Shown here: in pieces, positions 26,429 to 37,509 of the stretch
How the letters are laid out: each line of letters opens with the position of its first letter
Position numbering within the stretch: the first letter of the stretch is position 1
The notes under the pieces: generated by a model
The model's input: only the letters and a program-made list of their open reading frames with translations
Told to the model about the DNA's origin: nothing
Database searches by the model: none
NCBI GenBank assembly: GCA_003990765.1
Contig: RBNJ01000065.1
Span: forward strand, 1-44,879
Reading direction: 5' to 3'
From: Jimgerdemannia flammicorona
Lineage: Eukaryota
Length of the DNA: 44,879 bases
Position numbers and translations under genes: made by a program

Positions 26429-27878
26429 TGTAATGTGCCTGGCTCAATGGAGGTAAATTACAAGGTTGGGGGTTGATGTAGTTTGGCTTGAGCCCCCAGT
26501 TACTTTGTCAAAAGTAACAAAATATTCTAAGATTCCTGAGGTTCTTGGTGTTTAGTGGTATAATAGTCAAAGGCTAGATATTTGTGAGCAATTTCCTTAT
26601 TGGGATGATTCTCTGAGTGTAATGGTGATTTGTGTGTGAATGAGTTTCCTTCTTGGGTCAACTGAGAATGGTAGAGTTTGTATATAGCACAATGATCTTG
26701 TGTGTGATGGTCTTGTGCGTGACAGTCTGGTAATTTAGTGGTTCTCCTTCTTGAGTGGCAGGCAATTTCTGTATAGCGCAATGATCTCCAAAAGTATGCG
26801 ATTTCTGGATGATGATCTTGGTGGTATTTCTTATGCGGTTTCAACAGGTAACTTGATTTGGCTCACTGGGAATTATACTGGCAGTGGATATCTTAATAAC
26901 TCGGGCTCACTGGAAATACAGATAATTGAAAATGGCAGATGATGCAGATTCGGCTTCAACTGGGAATACTACTCAGATGATGTAGATAACTTGGATATTA
27001 CTGATTCTTCCTGAATTGGTGGGCTTCTGGGAAATAACTCAGATGATGCAGATAACTTGGATAACTTGGATAACTTGGATAACTCGGATGTCATGGATTC
27101 TTGGCAAGTTATGTCAAAGACTGGCTTCATTTGCATGGAGTTATATCATAGACTGGCTCCACTGTAAAGTTGTGTCAAAAAGACTGGCTTGTGGCAAGAA
27201 TGGCAGCAAAAACTTGAGTTCTTCAAAAGTGGCAAAGTTCTTCCTTGAACTTTGGCAGCAAATCTTCAGACTTAGTCTGGCAAGTGTACCAATCAATCTT
27301 TATATCAGAAAGTGGACCAGAGTGGAATAAGGGGACCAATGCTCAATTTTTAGAGGCTTCTTTGGTTTGTACTTCAATTTGGACTTGTTCTTTGTATCAG
27401 AAAGTGGACCGGAGTGGAAGAGAAGAGAACCAAGCTCACAACTTCTTGGCAGTGGCTCGTTGGCAGGCATATCTCCTAAGTATTGCAATCCTTCCTAGAT
27501 CAAGTGGCTTTTGGCAGGCATTTCTCCTAAGTGTACCAGACAATTGACTTTTGCTTTGGTTTGTATTCAACTTTCAGGCTGAGATTTATTCACTCTTGTC
27601 TCTGAGGTAATTTATACAAGTTGGTTGCTATCTGGTTGCTATGTGGCTAACTATAGATTTGCTATCTATGGCAAGTTATATAGGTCTAACACAAGTGTAC
27701 AGGTCTGGCACAGGTATGCAGGTCCTGTATAGATATACCTTATCTGGTAGTCTGGCTATTTATACAGTTTCTGCAGCAATGGTTGCTGGTTATTATGCTG
27801 TGTGTTCACATCATCTGGCTAATTGTTCATATTATCTGCATAAGGTATAATTCAGATGTTATGTCCTGGTTTGTCACA
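26429..27878 (-). repeat. Gypsy-2 3' LTR (1450 bp)
   Basis: Minus strand TGTGAC...ATTACA, preceded by the G-rich tract AGTGGGGGCTGA (27879-27890). Confidence 0.93.
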
Positions 27879-27918
27879 TCAGCCCCCACTAAAGGATGGT
27901 CTGTCCTCAGACTATCCT

Positions 27919-28434
27919 TTAGTCATCATTCCAGTGTGGGTAAGCATCTTCTGCATCAATACCTGTTCCATCATCTTCATCATCTGTACTATGGTCACTC
28001 TATTCCAAGGGTTCTTCTTCTTCTTCAGGAAATAAGATTTCAACAGTATTGATAATGCTCAGGTAGGTGGCTAGGTTTATTCCTCGTGTATTATACCAGG
28101 AGAATTGTACTTGCATCAAAGCTGCAGGGTTTCATTTATAAAGGGTGTAGAGCCTGTCAGTGGCAGTAACATCTCTCCTTGATAGTCCTGTGGTATTTCT
28201 GATATATGTTTGTTCTAGAACTAGGAGGTTCTGCAATTGTTCTCCAATTGTATAGTGGGCCTGAAGTTGATGGACCTGTAGCAATCGTCTGGCCAAGACA
28301 AGATTCTCTTAATGAATCTGGATCTTCTGGAGAGTGTTCCCATTGACTTCTCAGAATTGGGGTAGGGGAACTGGCAGTGATTGAAATGAGCTGAGGATAA
28401 GAGTCTGAAGATGGTTGTTAACTCTTTGATTCAT
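27919..28434 (-). pseudogene. Gypsy-2 accessory ORF3 downstream of integrase (172 codons), function unknown
   Basis: ATG overlaps the pol end by 17 nt; MNQRVNNHL..HYTIGEQL..GLSRRDVTATDRLYTLY.., acidic tail, ends ..PHWNDD*. Four transition-type internal stops, no frameshift. Confidence 0.7.
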
Positions 28435-31400
28435 AATGTAGAGAAAGATATATCTTGAGATGATTGATGTGTACTGGTGTTCTGAGGGTTTGTCTATCCA
28501 TGCTTCTTAAATAGATGCTGGTCCCTCTGATGTTGTATACAAGATAAGGTCCTTCCCATTTGGGTTCCAGTTTGGCAGCAAAATTCATTTCAATCATGCT
28601 TCTCCAAACTAGTACTTGATCTCCAATCTTGATCTCCTGATTCTTCTGTTTTTGGTTATAGTACTTCTTTTGTCTTTCTTAGGCTTTGATAATCTGTCCT
28701 CTGGCTTGATTACATAACTGTTCTGCCTTTTTGAAGAGGTCTCCAAGATTCTCATAATCAGTAGTTCTGGTTCTCTTGGCAAATATCATTTCAAATGGCT
28801 TTTGTTTGGTAGAGGTGGTAGGGGTGTTCTGAATTTCCCATAGAATCTCAGGTAAGCAGAGGTCCCAATTAGTAGGATTGACTTGGACAAGTCCTTTCTT
28901 GATGGTCTGGTTCATTCTCTCTATCATGCTATTGGTCTGGGGGTGGTATGATGTGGTCCTTTTGAGGTGGATCTTGTGAATTTGGGCATAACTTGTAATT
29001 GTGTTATTGATGAATTCTGTGCCTCAGTTAGAAGTGAGTTCTTCTGGAGGTCCATATCTGAGTGTGAGTCTATGGAGGAGGCCTACAATGGTTAAGGCAT
29101 CTGCAATTTTCATTAGGAAAGCCTCAGGCCATTTGGTCAGATATTCCACAAATACAAGGATGTATTTGTTTCTTCTTGGTGTAACTGGTAGAGGTCCAAT
29201 TACATCTACTCTCTATCTCTGAAGAATGTGAGTGGGTGGGGGAATCAGTTGTAAAGGGGCTTGATAGTTCTTCTTCCCTTGGTACTTCTGGCAAGTATCA
29301 CATTTCTGAATGATATCTCGGACTTGGGTTCTGAGGTAGGGCCAATGTTGATATTGTTTTTGAATCTTGTCTTCTGTGCTTGTCTGTCCTTGGTGGGCCT
29401 TCTGATGTTCTTGTTGGATGAGATCTTCTTGTTCCTTAATTGTCTGAGGAGCTTCCTTTAGGGTGTGGTTCCTCAGGACACTCTTCTTCTGGTTCATTGG
29501 GGCTGGTGGGAAAATACATCAACATTGTTGTGGGCTTTCCCTGCTTTGTGAATAATTGTGATTTTGTAATCCTGAAGGATAAGAATCCAGCAGGCTAGGA
29601 TTCTGGCAGGTTCCTTATGGTTGAATAGCCATTTGAGGGCTGCATGGTCTGTGATCAGGGTGAATCTTTTTCCAATGAGGTAATGCTTGAACAGAGTGAC
29701 CGCCCATATGACTGCAAGACATTCCAGTTTGGTGCTACCATAGTTCATCTGCTGCTGATTGGTAGCTCTGCTTGCATAAGCTATCATATGGTACTGTTGG
29801 TCAGGTCTTTTTTGGGCTAGAACTGCTCTTAGGCTATCTTTGGAAGCATCTGTATACAAAATGAATAGCTTCTGTAGATTGGGGCACACAAGGATTGGTG
29901 CTGTAGTTATGTGGTTCTTGAGTTCTCTAAAGGCTTTTTCCTGTGATTCTGTCCATTTGAATGGCATTCCTTTCTTGAGAAGGATTTGGATCAGGGCAGC
30001 AATTTGGGCAAAGTTTTTGATGAACCTTCTGTAGTAGAATACTAGTATCAGAAATGATAGTATTTCCTTTGGAGTTTTGGGTACTGGCCAATTGTTGATC
30101 TTCTCAGTTTTCTTTGGATCTGCATGAGTTCCTTCTTTTGAAACCATGAATCTCAGGAATTCAAGTTTCTGTTTCCCAAAGTAGCATTTCTTTGTATTCA
30201 ATCTCAAGTGATTCTTGTGGGTGAGCTTGAAGAATTCCTCTAGGTAGTGTAGGTATTCTTTGAAATTCGCTGAATAGATGTTGGAATTGTCTATGTATAC
30301 AATCAGGCAGTAGTGGATCAAGGGGGCATAGACCGAATTCATCATCCTCTGAAAGGTGGGGAGTGCATTGCAGAGTCCAAAGGGCATTCAGAGGTATTCA
30401 AACAGTTTTCCTAGAGCAAGGAAGGCTGTCTTTTTAATGTTCTTAGGATCCATGGGGATCTCATGGAATCCTGTAAAGAGGTCCATACTACTGAAGTATT
30501 TGGTATCCTATAACTGATCCAAAAGGTCATCGATTCTGGGCAGAGGATAAGCATCCTTCTCAGTGACTGAATTGAGTTTTCTATAATCTACACAGAGTCT
30601 CCATCCTCCTTTCTTTGGTACAATAAGTATAGGGCTGGCCCAGGGGCTAGTGGAGGGTCAGATGACTCCATTGTCTAAGAGTTCTTGAATGTGCTCTTTT
30701 TTGAATATTTTCAAGTGATGGGATATTCTATAGGGCTTCTGTCGGATAGGTGTGCACTTCCTGTATTTATGCTGTAGTGATATGATGGGTTGTATGGCAG
30801 GTTGCCATAATCAGTGGTGAAGATATCTTGATATTTGTTGAGAAGTTCTACTAGTTGTTGCTGTTGTTGAGGTGTCAATTCTTCTCCAATGTTGGTGGAA
30901 GGCTTCACTGTCTCCTGGATTGCAGAGGGGCCTTTTCTTTCTTCTGGGACCTTTTGCCATTTCCCAATAGGTTTAGTTCATAAACTTCCCTATGAGTTCA
31001 GTTGAGAAAGGGCACCAGATGCCCTATGATGGTTCCTTTCAGTAAGATGATAGTCTCCCAACTTTGGTTGGTTGCTTGGGAATGTACTGGGTTCATTTTG
31101 TCAGGGAATGTGTGTCCCTCTATGTCCAGGTGTGGGATATCTTCCTTGGGTTCAAAGAAAAGATTTCTGGGGTTGGGTGGTACAAAGATTTCGAAGGTAG
31201 TTTGTTCTCCAGCTCCAGGATGAGATTTTTGTGCAGTCTGACTGGTTGCTAGTACACTTGCTGGGGAATATTCCTCTTGAGATGGTTGACTTGGAGGAAA
31301 TGTACTTCCTTCTTATCTGAACTTCCAAATCCCTTGGCTTGTCTTGTTCCTTCAGTTAGTTCAGAGACTTCCTGTAACTGTGGGATCTTGACTTTCATGA

Positions 31401-33400
31401 AGACTGCCTGGGCAATCTTCTGTCCTCTAATGATTTGGTGCCATTCTGCACTGCTGTTGTGTAGGATGACCTTGATTTCACCTGTATATCCTGGATCAAT
31501 GGTTCCTCCTTCTACAGTTATTCCTTGTCTAGCAAGTCCAGACCTTGAGGTCAGTTGAATATAAGCTCCTTGGGGTGGCTGTATAGCTAATCCGGTTCTG
31601 ACCATAAAGGTTTTTCCAGGCTTGATAGATTCATCCTCCAGGCTGTGAAGATCATATCCTACATCCTCTGGGTAGACTTTGGTCAGGGGTTTGGTCTTGG
31701 GGTGCAGCAGGACATACTAGGCAATATCCTTACTGAGTTCAGGCTTTCCTAAGGCTGAAGCTCTACTAGCGGAAAGCCTCCAAGCTCTAAGGTTGAGGTG
31801 TGGCCATCTGGCTCCAGTAGAGGGGTCTCAGAGGTAGTTGATTCCCCTCCTTCCTATAGGGTCAAGGGCTTCCATGAAGTTGGGGGCATCTTCTGCCCAT
31901 CCCTGGTGGGTTACATGTCTGATGAGAGCTAGGATGTCTTCTCCCAAATCATAGATCTTGAGGATTCTTTTTCTGGGCTTCTTGGTCTGGCTTTTTCAAA
32001 TCTGGCTTCAATTATCTCCTCTCTTCAAAGTGTGCACTGCAACATCATAACTGAGGTGAATCTTCTGATGTCTGCAGTCTTGGCAGTCAGGGTGTCTCCC
32101 ATGGTTGCAATATCCCATTGCCCGAAAATGGTGTTCCCAGCTATTTATCTCTTATTGTCTTGGGAATTGGTACCCATCTTGATCATAGGTCAGAGAAAGG
32201 GTAGACAAGGGGTATATTTCTGTTCAGGTGAAGAAGCCTTGTCCCCTAAATCGACTTTGTAACCTTGTGGTAACTTCTTGAAAGGTGGTGGACTGTGCAA
32301 GGATAGTTGGGGGTTCTGGTCTCTGAGGTCTCTATCTTTCTTGTTGGTCCAACAGATGACACTGATAGCAGTAGTCTCGGGGAGAGTGGAAGATCATTTG
32401 GTGTGGACATCTTCCTAGCTGAAAAGCCTTTTCTTGGTGAGTTTCTTTCTTGAGAATAATGGTGATTGTACTGGGTCCTTCTTCTGTATTCCAAGGGTCA
32501 TTGTTTTTAGGTAGTGTCCAGCAAGGGTCATCCCAGGGAATGAGTTCAGGGACCTCTTCTTCATCAGGTGCTTCTTGTTCAGGAACTTCTTGGTCAAAAG
32601 TTTCTTCTTCCTCAGATGATTCTTGATCCCAAATTGCTTATACTTCTACAGCTTCAGTTGTAGGTGTTTCTGGAACATGTCTGCATTTCATTTTCTTCCT
32701 TCTGCACTCTGGGCAAGCTGTGCCAGGCGATTTCCTTGTTCCCATAATCTTGGAGGAGTGCTCAGGACACTTGTGTCTTTTGAGGCATGTGGGACATCCT
32801 TTGGCTTCTCCTGCAATAGCTCCAATAGTAATAGGGATAGTGTTCTTAGTCCACACATTATCTTCTGGTCAGTCATCCATCAGATTGATTTGGGGATTGA
32901 GTCTAGGATCATTTCCATCTTCAGATTCTTCCTCTTCTTCTGTGGTAGATTCTTCACTACTGGCATACTCTTCCTGAATAGTGACTTTTTTCTTCTTCTT
33001 TGATTGCTCATAGCTGGTTATCTTAACTCTATACTTCTTGCCTTGGTAGTCAAACTTGAGTATCTGTTGGCCAATATCAACAACTGCATTCATTTCCTTC
33101 ATCCAGTTGGTGCCAAGAATCATGTTATAGGTGACAGCTTCAGTGATAACAACTTTGGGGATAGAGAACTGAATGTGTCCAAGAGAGATGGTGATATTTT
33201 GTACTTCTCCAAGAGGTTGAGTTCGTGCTCCATCTGCTACTATGATGCTGAGGTTGGATGGTCCATCAATGGGCCATTGGAGGGTGTCCAAGAATTGTTT
33301 GGCAATGACACAGACAGCTGCTCCCATGTCTATGAGGATTTTCACCTTTTGTCCTCCAATATCTCCATGTAAGTAGGTGCTGACATGTCTTTCAGCTGCT
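28418..33400 (-). pseudogene. Gypsy-2 pol: protease, Cys/His-rich spacer, dUTPase, RT, RNase H, integrase
   Basis: ILIDMGA; MPFGLCNA and YIDN; LYTDAS..KLECLAV; H..H..CDTC; YHPQTN..IERMN; KWEGPYLV. Confidence 0.93.
31316..31720 (-). pseudogene. dUTPase domain within Gypsy-2 pol
   Basis: VGYDL, RSGLA, GGTIDPGYTGEI, GQKIAQ, RQAKGFGSS. Confidence 0.92.
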
Positions 33401-34414
33401 TGGACAGGGATGGAAGCTAGTTCTTGCTGTGAGATTGGAATTCGGCCAGTGCTAGACCTGGTGGTTCTCAGTAATTTGTTTTGGACTCCAACTAGTATCA
33501 GTTGTAAGAACTACAGGAGGGGGACTTCTATCTTGGCTTCTTGAATCTTCTGTCAGGCTTCATTATAAATGTCTCTAGGTATGGTCTTTGGAGTGAACTT
33601 CTTCTTAGGCTTTGGAGCAGCAGGTTCCTGTTCTTCTTGTTCCATTTCTTCATTTTCTGGTGGTAACTCATTTGTCTCAGGAACAAAAGGTGAGGGAGTT
33701 CAGGGAGGTGTTTCTACTTATTCCTCCTCATGTTCTTCATCCTCTTCTTGGATAATTCTTCTGCTGATGTTCCTGGATGGTCTTCCTATAGGTCTCTTTC
33801 TTTTTTCTTCTGGATAGACTGTTTTCCAGGTTATAACCTTAGTGGGGTACAAGTCTAGGTCACTGTAATCTTCACTGTTGCTTGCTTCCTTGAAATCTTC
33901 AACAGGATGGGCTTCAGTCTTCTTGTACTGGGTATCATTCCTTCAGTTCAGTGGTTCTGAGTCTCTTCAGTTACTTCTCTTGTTATCACATTCAGTGGCA
34001 TAGTGTCCGAATTGTCTATAGTGAAAACATTGAACTTGGGCTCTGTCTCAGGCAGGGTACTTTTTTTTCTCTTGCTGGTAATTCCTGTTATCTCTTGGTG
34101 GATAACCTTGGCTCCTCTGTAGTGGGTACCCTCTGTTGTTTTGGTAGTCCTGATTTTCGCATATAGTGAGTTTTTTGATCTATCTAACCAATCAGTCTAA
34201 CTTGGAGCTGAGGTTTTGGATTTCACTTCTGTCTTTCTTTCCTTCCTTGGCTGGCCTTCTTTCCTCAGATCTTTCTTATCCTTGAAGGAGTCCTTGCAGG
34301 GCTTTGACCAGAATATCTTTTTTATCTTCCTTTTTGTCATGATCACTCCAGATAGTTCCTTGTCTGACATCAAAGAATCCTTGGGCTGCATCTACTTGCT
34401 CTTCAGACCTTTTG

Positions 34415-36452
34415 TATAAGAGGGTTGCTTTTTTATGACAACTATTACATAGTACAAGAAGGGGTTTCTGGAAGTTCTGGATATTCTGGAAGACTGTTTT
34501 CTTATGGTCAAGATCAATTTCATATAGAGTATGTCCTCTATGCTTATTGATTTTTAGATCAGGTTAATATCTCAACCAAAGTCCTTTTTCGGACTAGTTC
34601 TGGATGTTCAGGATTTTCCATATTTCAGGAAGTTCAAGAAACTAAGACCAGCTTAGTTGAATTGGCATATCGCTGCAGACAATACCCAATTAGGAAATTT
34701 TGTGATGGGGTTAGGAGTGGGACCTAATAGGGAGTGAATTTACTTAAGAGTGGTTTGTGGGTTATTAAATAGGTTTATTTACTATTCATGATATTGCTAT
34801 ACTAGAAGTAGTTGTGTGAAGGGATATTGTGGGGAAGTGTTCAGGAATGTTCTTGTGTGTCTGAGTCTCCATTCTGAGGTCTGGGGGAGGGGGTATTTAT
34901 ACTAGTAAGGGGCTATCTGAACTATGCTAGATATGGATATAGCACTAAGTGCTTTGCTGAGTCGGAATACAGTCACATAGTACAAGAGTGATCTGATATG
35001 TCAAGAGATCATCTGACTGCTGAGTTAGTTCACAGTCATGTCATATAAGGCTAATCTAACTATACTATGACTGCTAGGCTATTTATGAGTTTAGATGCTG
35101 TCTGGGTAGTCCTCGATGATATCACCATTGATTGCATCATCTCTGATGAAGTAGTCATCTAGGAAGAGTAGTTCACAGATTACTTCTTCTTGTTCACTGA
35201 GGTAATAATATATTGGAACTTCATCACCATCCCACAGAATAGCATTGTCTATCTCATATGCTGGATAAGGTGTTGGTGGGTGAAGGAGGGATACATTATC
35301 TTCACTTTTATCAGATTCGCTGTCTGCATACCTTCTGTAGGTTACAGCACTATGAGTCACGGGGTTGTAGTAAGCTGGTGGCTGTGGTTCATATTGCTCA
35401 TACTCAGGTGGTGGAGTGGTTGGTTCAATCTTGAGAGTTATCTGGAGGTATAGGTCATGTTCTCTAGTCTCTTCATTGTAGTTGAAGTAATCGGGAGTGA
35501 ACATGGGTTGGTATTTGTGCCAGTGGTCATTGTCCCAATAAGTCTCATATGCTGTTATAAATTGTTGTAAGTTCATCAGCAAGGTTGGCAGTGTGATCAG
35601 GGTTGGCAGAGATCCTTGACTAGAGGTCATGTCAGTATCAGAGGGATCATTGTCTTCTGCTTCATCTTCATCGAAGTAGATTATATCATAGATGTCCTTC
35701 ATGGTATATCCAACTTGGGGCATTTGCAGAATATGATCATTGGGGTGTGGGAAGGTTCTGTCTGTGGTTTCAATGTACTTGAGGTACTTGAGGTTGAGTT
35801 CTTATATCATGTCATTGATTTGGCCATAGGACAGGGTAGCAACCATTTCAGCTGTAGTAACTCACAGGCAGGGAATAATAGTGCTATACTCATAGAAGAG
35901 TTCTCAATGTTTGCGGGCGATGAGCTTCTGGTGTTGAGACATCTGAGTGATCATGTCTTTCAGGAGGTGGCCAATCTGGTAGTAGCTTGAGATTTGTCCG
36001 ATTCAGTGGGCCTCATTAAGTATGTTCAGAGCATTCCATCGAGCTTCCATGAAGTAGAGGGGTGCTAGGCTATGGATATTCATGAGGGGTAGAGGGGGTG
36101 TGGCTCAGTTGACAATGATATTCCAAATGTCAGTGTGGATATGGGTATAGATCTTGGTGGTCATGTTTGTATGTTTGAAAGTTGTGGTTGTTATTTGTTT
36201 TGGTTCTCTGATTCAATGCATCTTGGTGCTTGGTATATATACATTTAGTCCTGATTGGTAAGATTTTGTTTATGTAAATCTTGTGTTCTGTGACTTTGTA
36301 TTGACTCAGCTTTGTGTACTGTGACTTTGGTTTGACTCAGCTTTGTGATCAAGCAGGTGATTTCCAGATTTGGTCAGAGGTCGCGTGTGATTTCAGTGGC
36401 TTGTTCAGAGGGTGACATGTAATTTCAGTGGTTTGGAGATTGTATGCTTACA
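34415..36452 (-). mobile_element. Solo LTR of family X, copy 2 (2038 bp)
   Basis: TATAAG (from TGTAAG)...CTTACA; TSD TTTTG (34410-34414) / TTCTG (36453-36457), one transition apart; colinear with 228-2314; TATAAATA on the minus strand at 34894-34901. Confidence 0.9.
35091..36164 (-). pseudogene. LTR-internal accessory ORF of family X, copy 2 (358 codons; last 210 aa still open)
   Basis: MTTKIYTHIHTDIW..YYQIGHLL..QMSQHQKLIARKH*ELF..MPQVGY..DYPDSI* in one frame. The five internal stops are TGA/TAA, each one transition from CGA/CAA. Confidence 0.8.
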
Positions 36453-37490
36453 TTCTGATGCCTAGGGTGTGGACATTCTGGGCAATATTTGGGGGAATTC
36501 CATTTATGAAGGTCATTGGACCTATGATGTCTTGGTTGGTGGCATTGAACTCAGCAGAATGCATTCTCTTCTAGATTCTTGTGAAGAAGGCTCTGGGTGA
36601 TTCTCTAAGATTCATCTTCATTCCCATGATAGATTTCTGAGCCTTGTGGTGGGTTTCATTTCCTGCATATTTTTCAATGAGCCAGTGGACCATGGCTTCA
36701 TATTATAGCTCATCAGATATTGCTGCTTGTATCTGTCTTACTAGTTCTGAATCTTGGTTGTTTGCTGTTTGATGGAAAATCCCTCTGGCTGGTTCTCTGA
36801 GCTGAGCTTTGTAGATAGCAATTTTTCTTTCATCTGAGAGATTTCTCAAGGCTGCAATTCCTTCAATTCCATTAAGGAATTCTCTGGGGTCTTCCTCTGG
36901 GTACCCTGCAAAGGTTGGCAATGAGGTGGCCATTTCATTATCACTTTCTTCTGATTCTGGTTCAAGTTCAGATTCTAATTCTGATTCACTTTCTGAACTG
37001 TCACTAGAGATGAGAGTGCTTGGGTATCTTGAAGATGGTGTTCTGGTCCTTGAACGGAGTGGAATAGGCCTAGGTATTCTTGTAGAAGCTACTTCTGGTT
37101 CTGCAAGGGGTTGTGGTAGAGGTTCTATTAGTGAGATTGGTGGGACTGGTGTGGGCTGTCTGGCTATAAAGTATTGGGTCCATGTGATGAGGTCTTCTAG
37201 TTCTTATACGAGTTCTCCAAAATCTCTAGCAGGGCTGCCTATATTGTCTGGTTGATCTGGTTGATCTGGTTGGTCTGGTTGGGAATTTTGGGCTGTACTG
37301 CCTCCTGCTTCTGGTTGAGATCCTTCTGATGCTGGGTAGTTGGCAAGTCTTGAGGTGATTACTTCTCTTCCTGTCCAAATACTAGTAATGACTGGTTCTC
37401 CTGTAGTGGCAGAGGTTAGTGTTGTATCAAATGTATCCAGTTTGACTGTGGGTTCTTGTGAGCTAAAAAGTCATGTTAATTTTGAAGTCT

Positions 37491-37507
37491 TCTCAGTTGA
37501 GCCCCCA
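37491..37507 (-). other. Primer-binding site of Gypsy-2, tRNA-Pro-like
   Basis: TGGGGGCTCAACTGAGA, 2 nt after the 5' LTR; resembles the canonical tRNA-Pro PBS TGGGGGCTCGTCCGGGAT after CpG decay. Confidence 0.7.
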
Positions 37508-37509
37508 AA

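Larger units (their letters stand above)
33400..36933 (-). pseudogene. Gypsy-2 gag, split by solo LTR copy 2
   Basis: MATSLPTFAGYPEEDPREFL (capsid start) at 36933; decayed knuckle CFHYRQFGHYATEC near 33988-34029. A Pro/Ser/Glu-rich frame may extend upstream toward ~37450. Confidence 0.8.
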
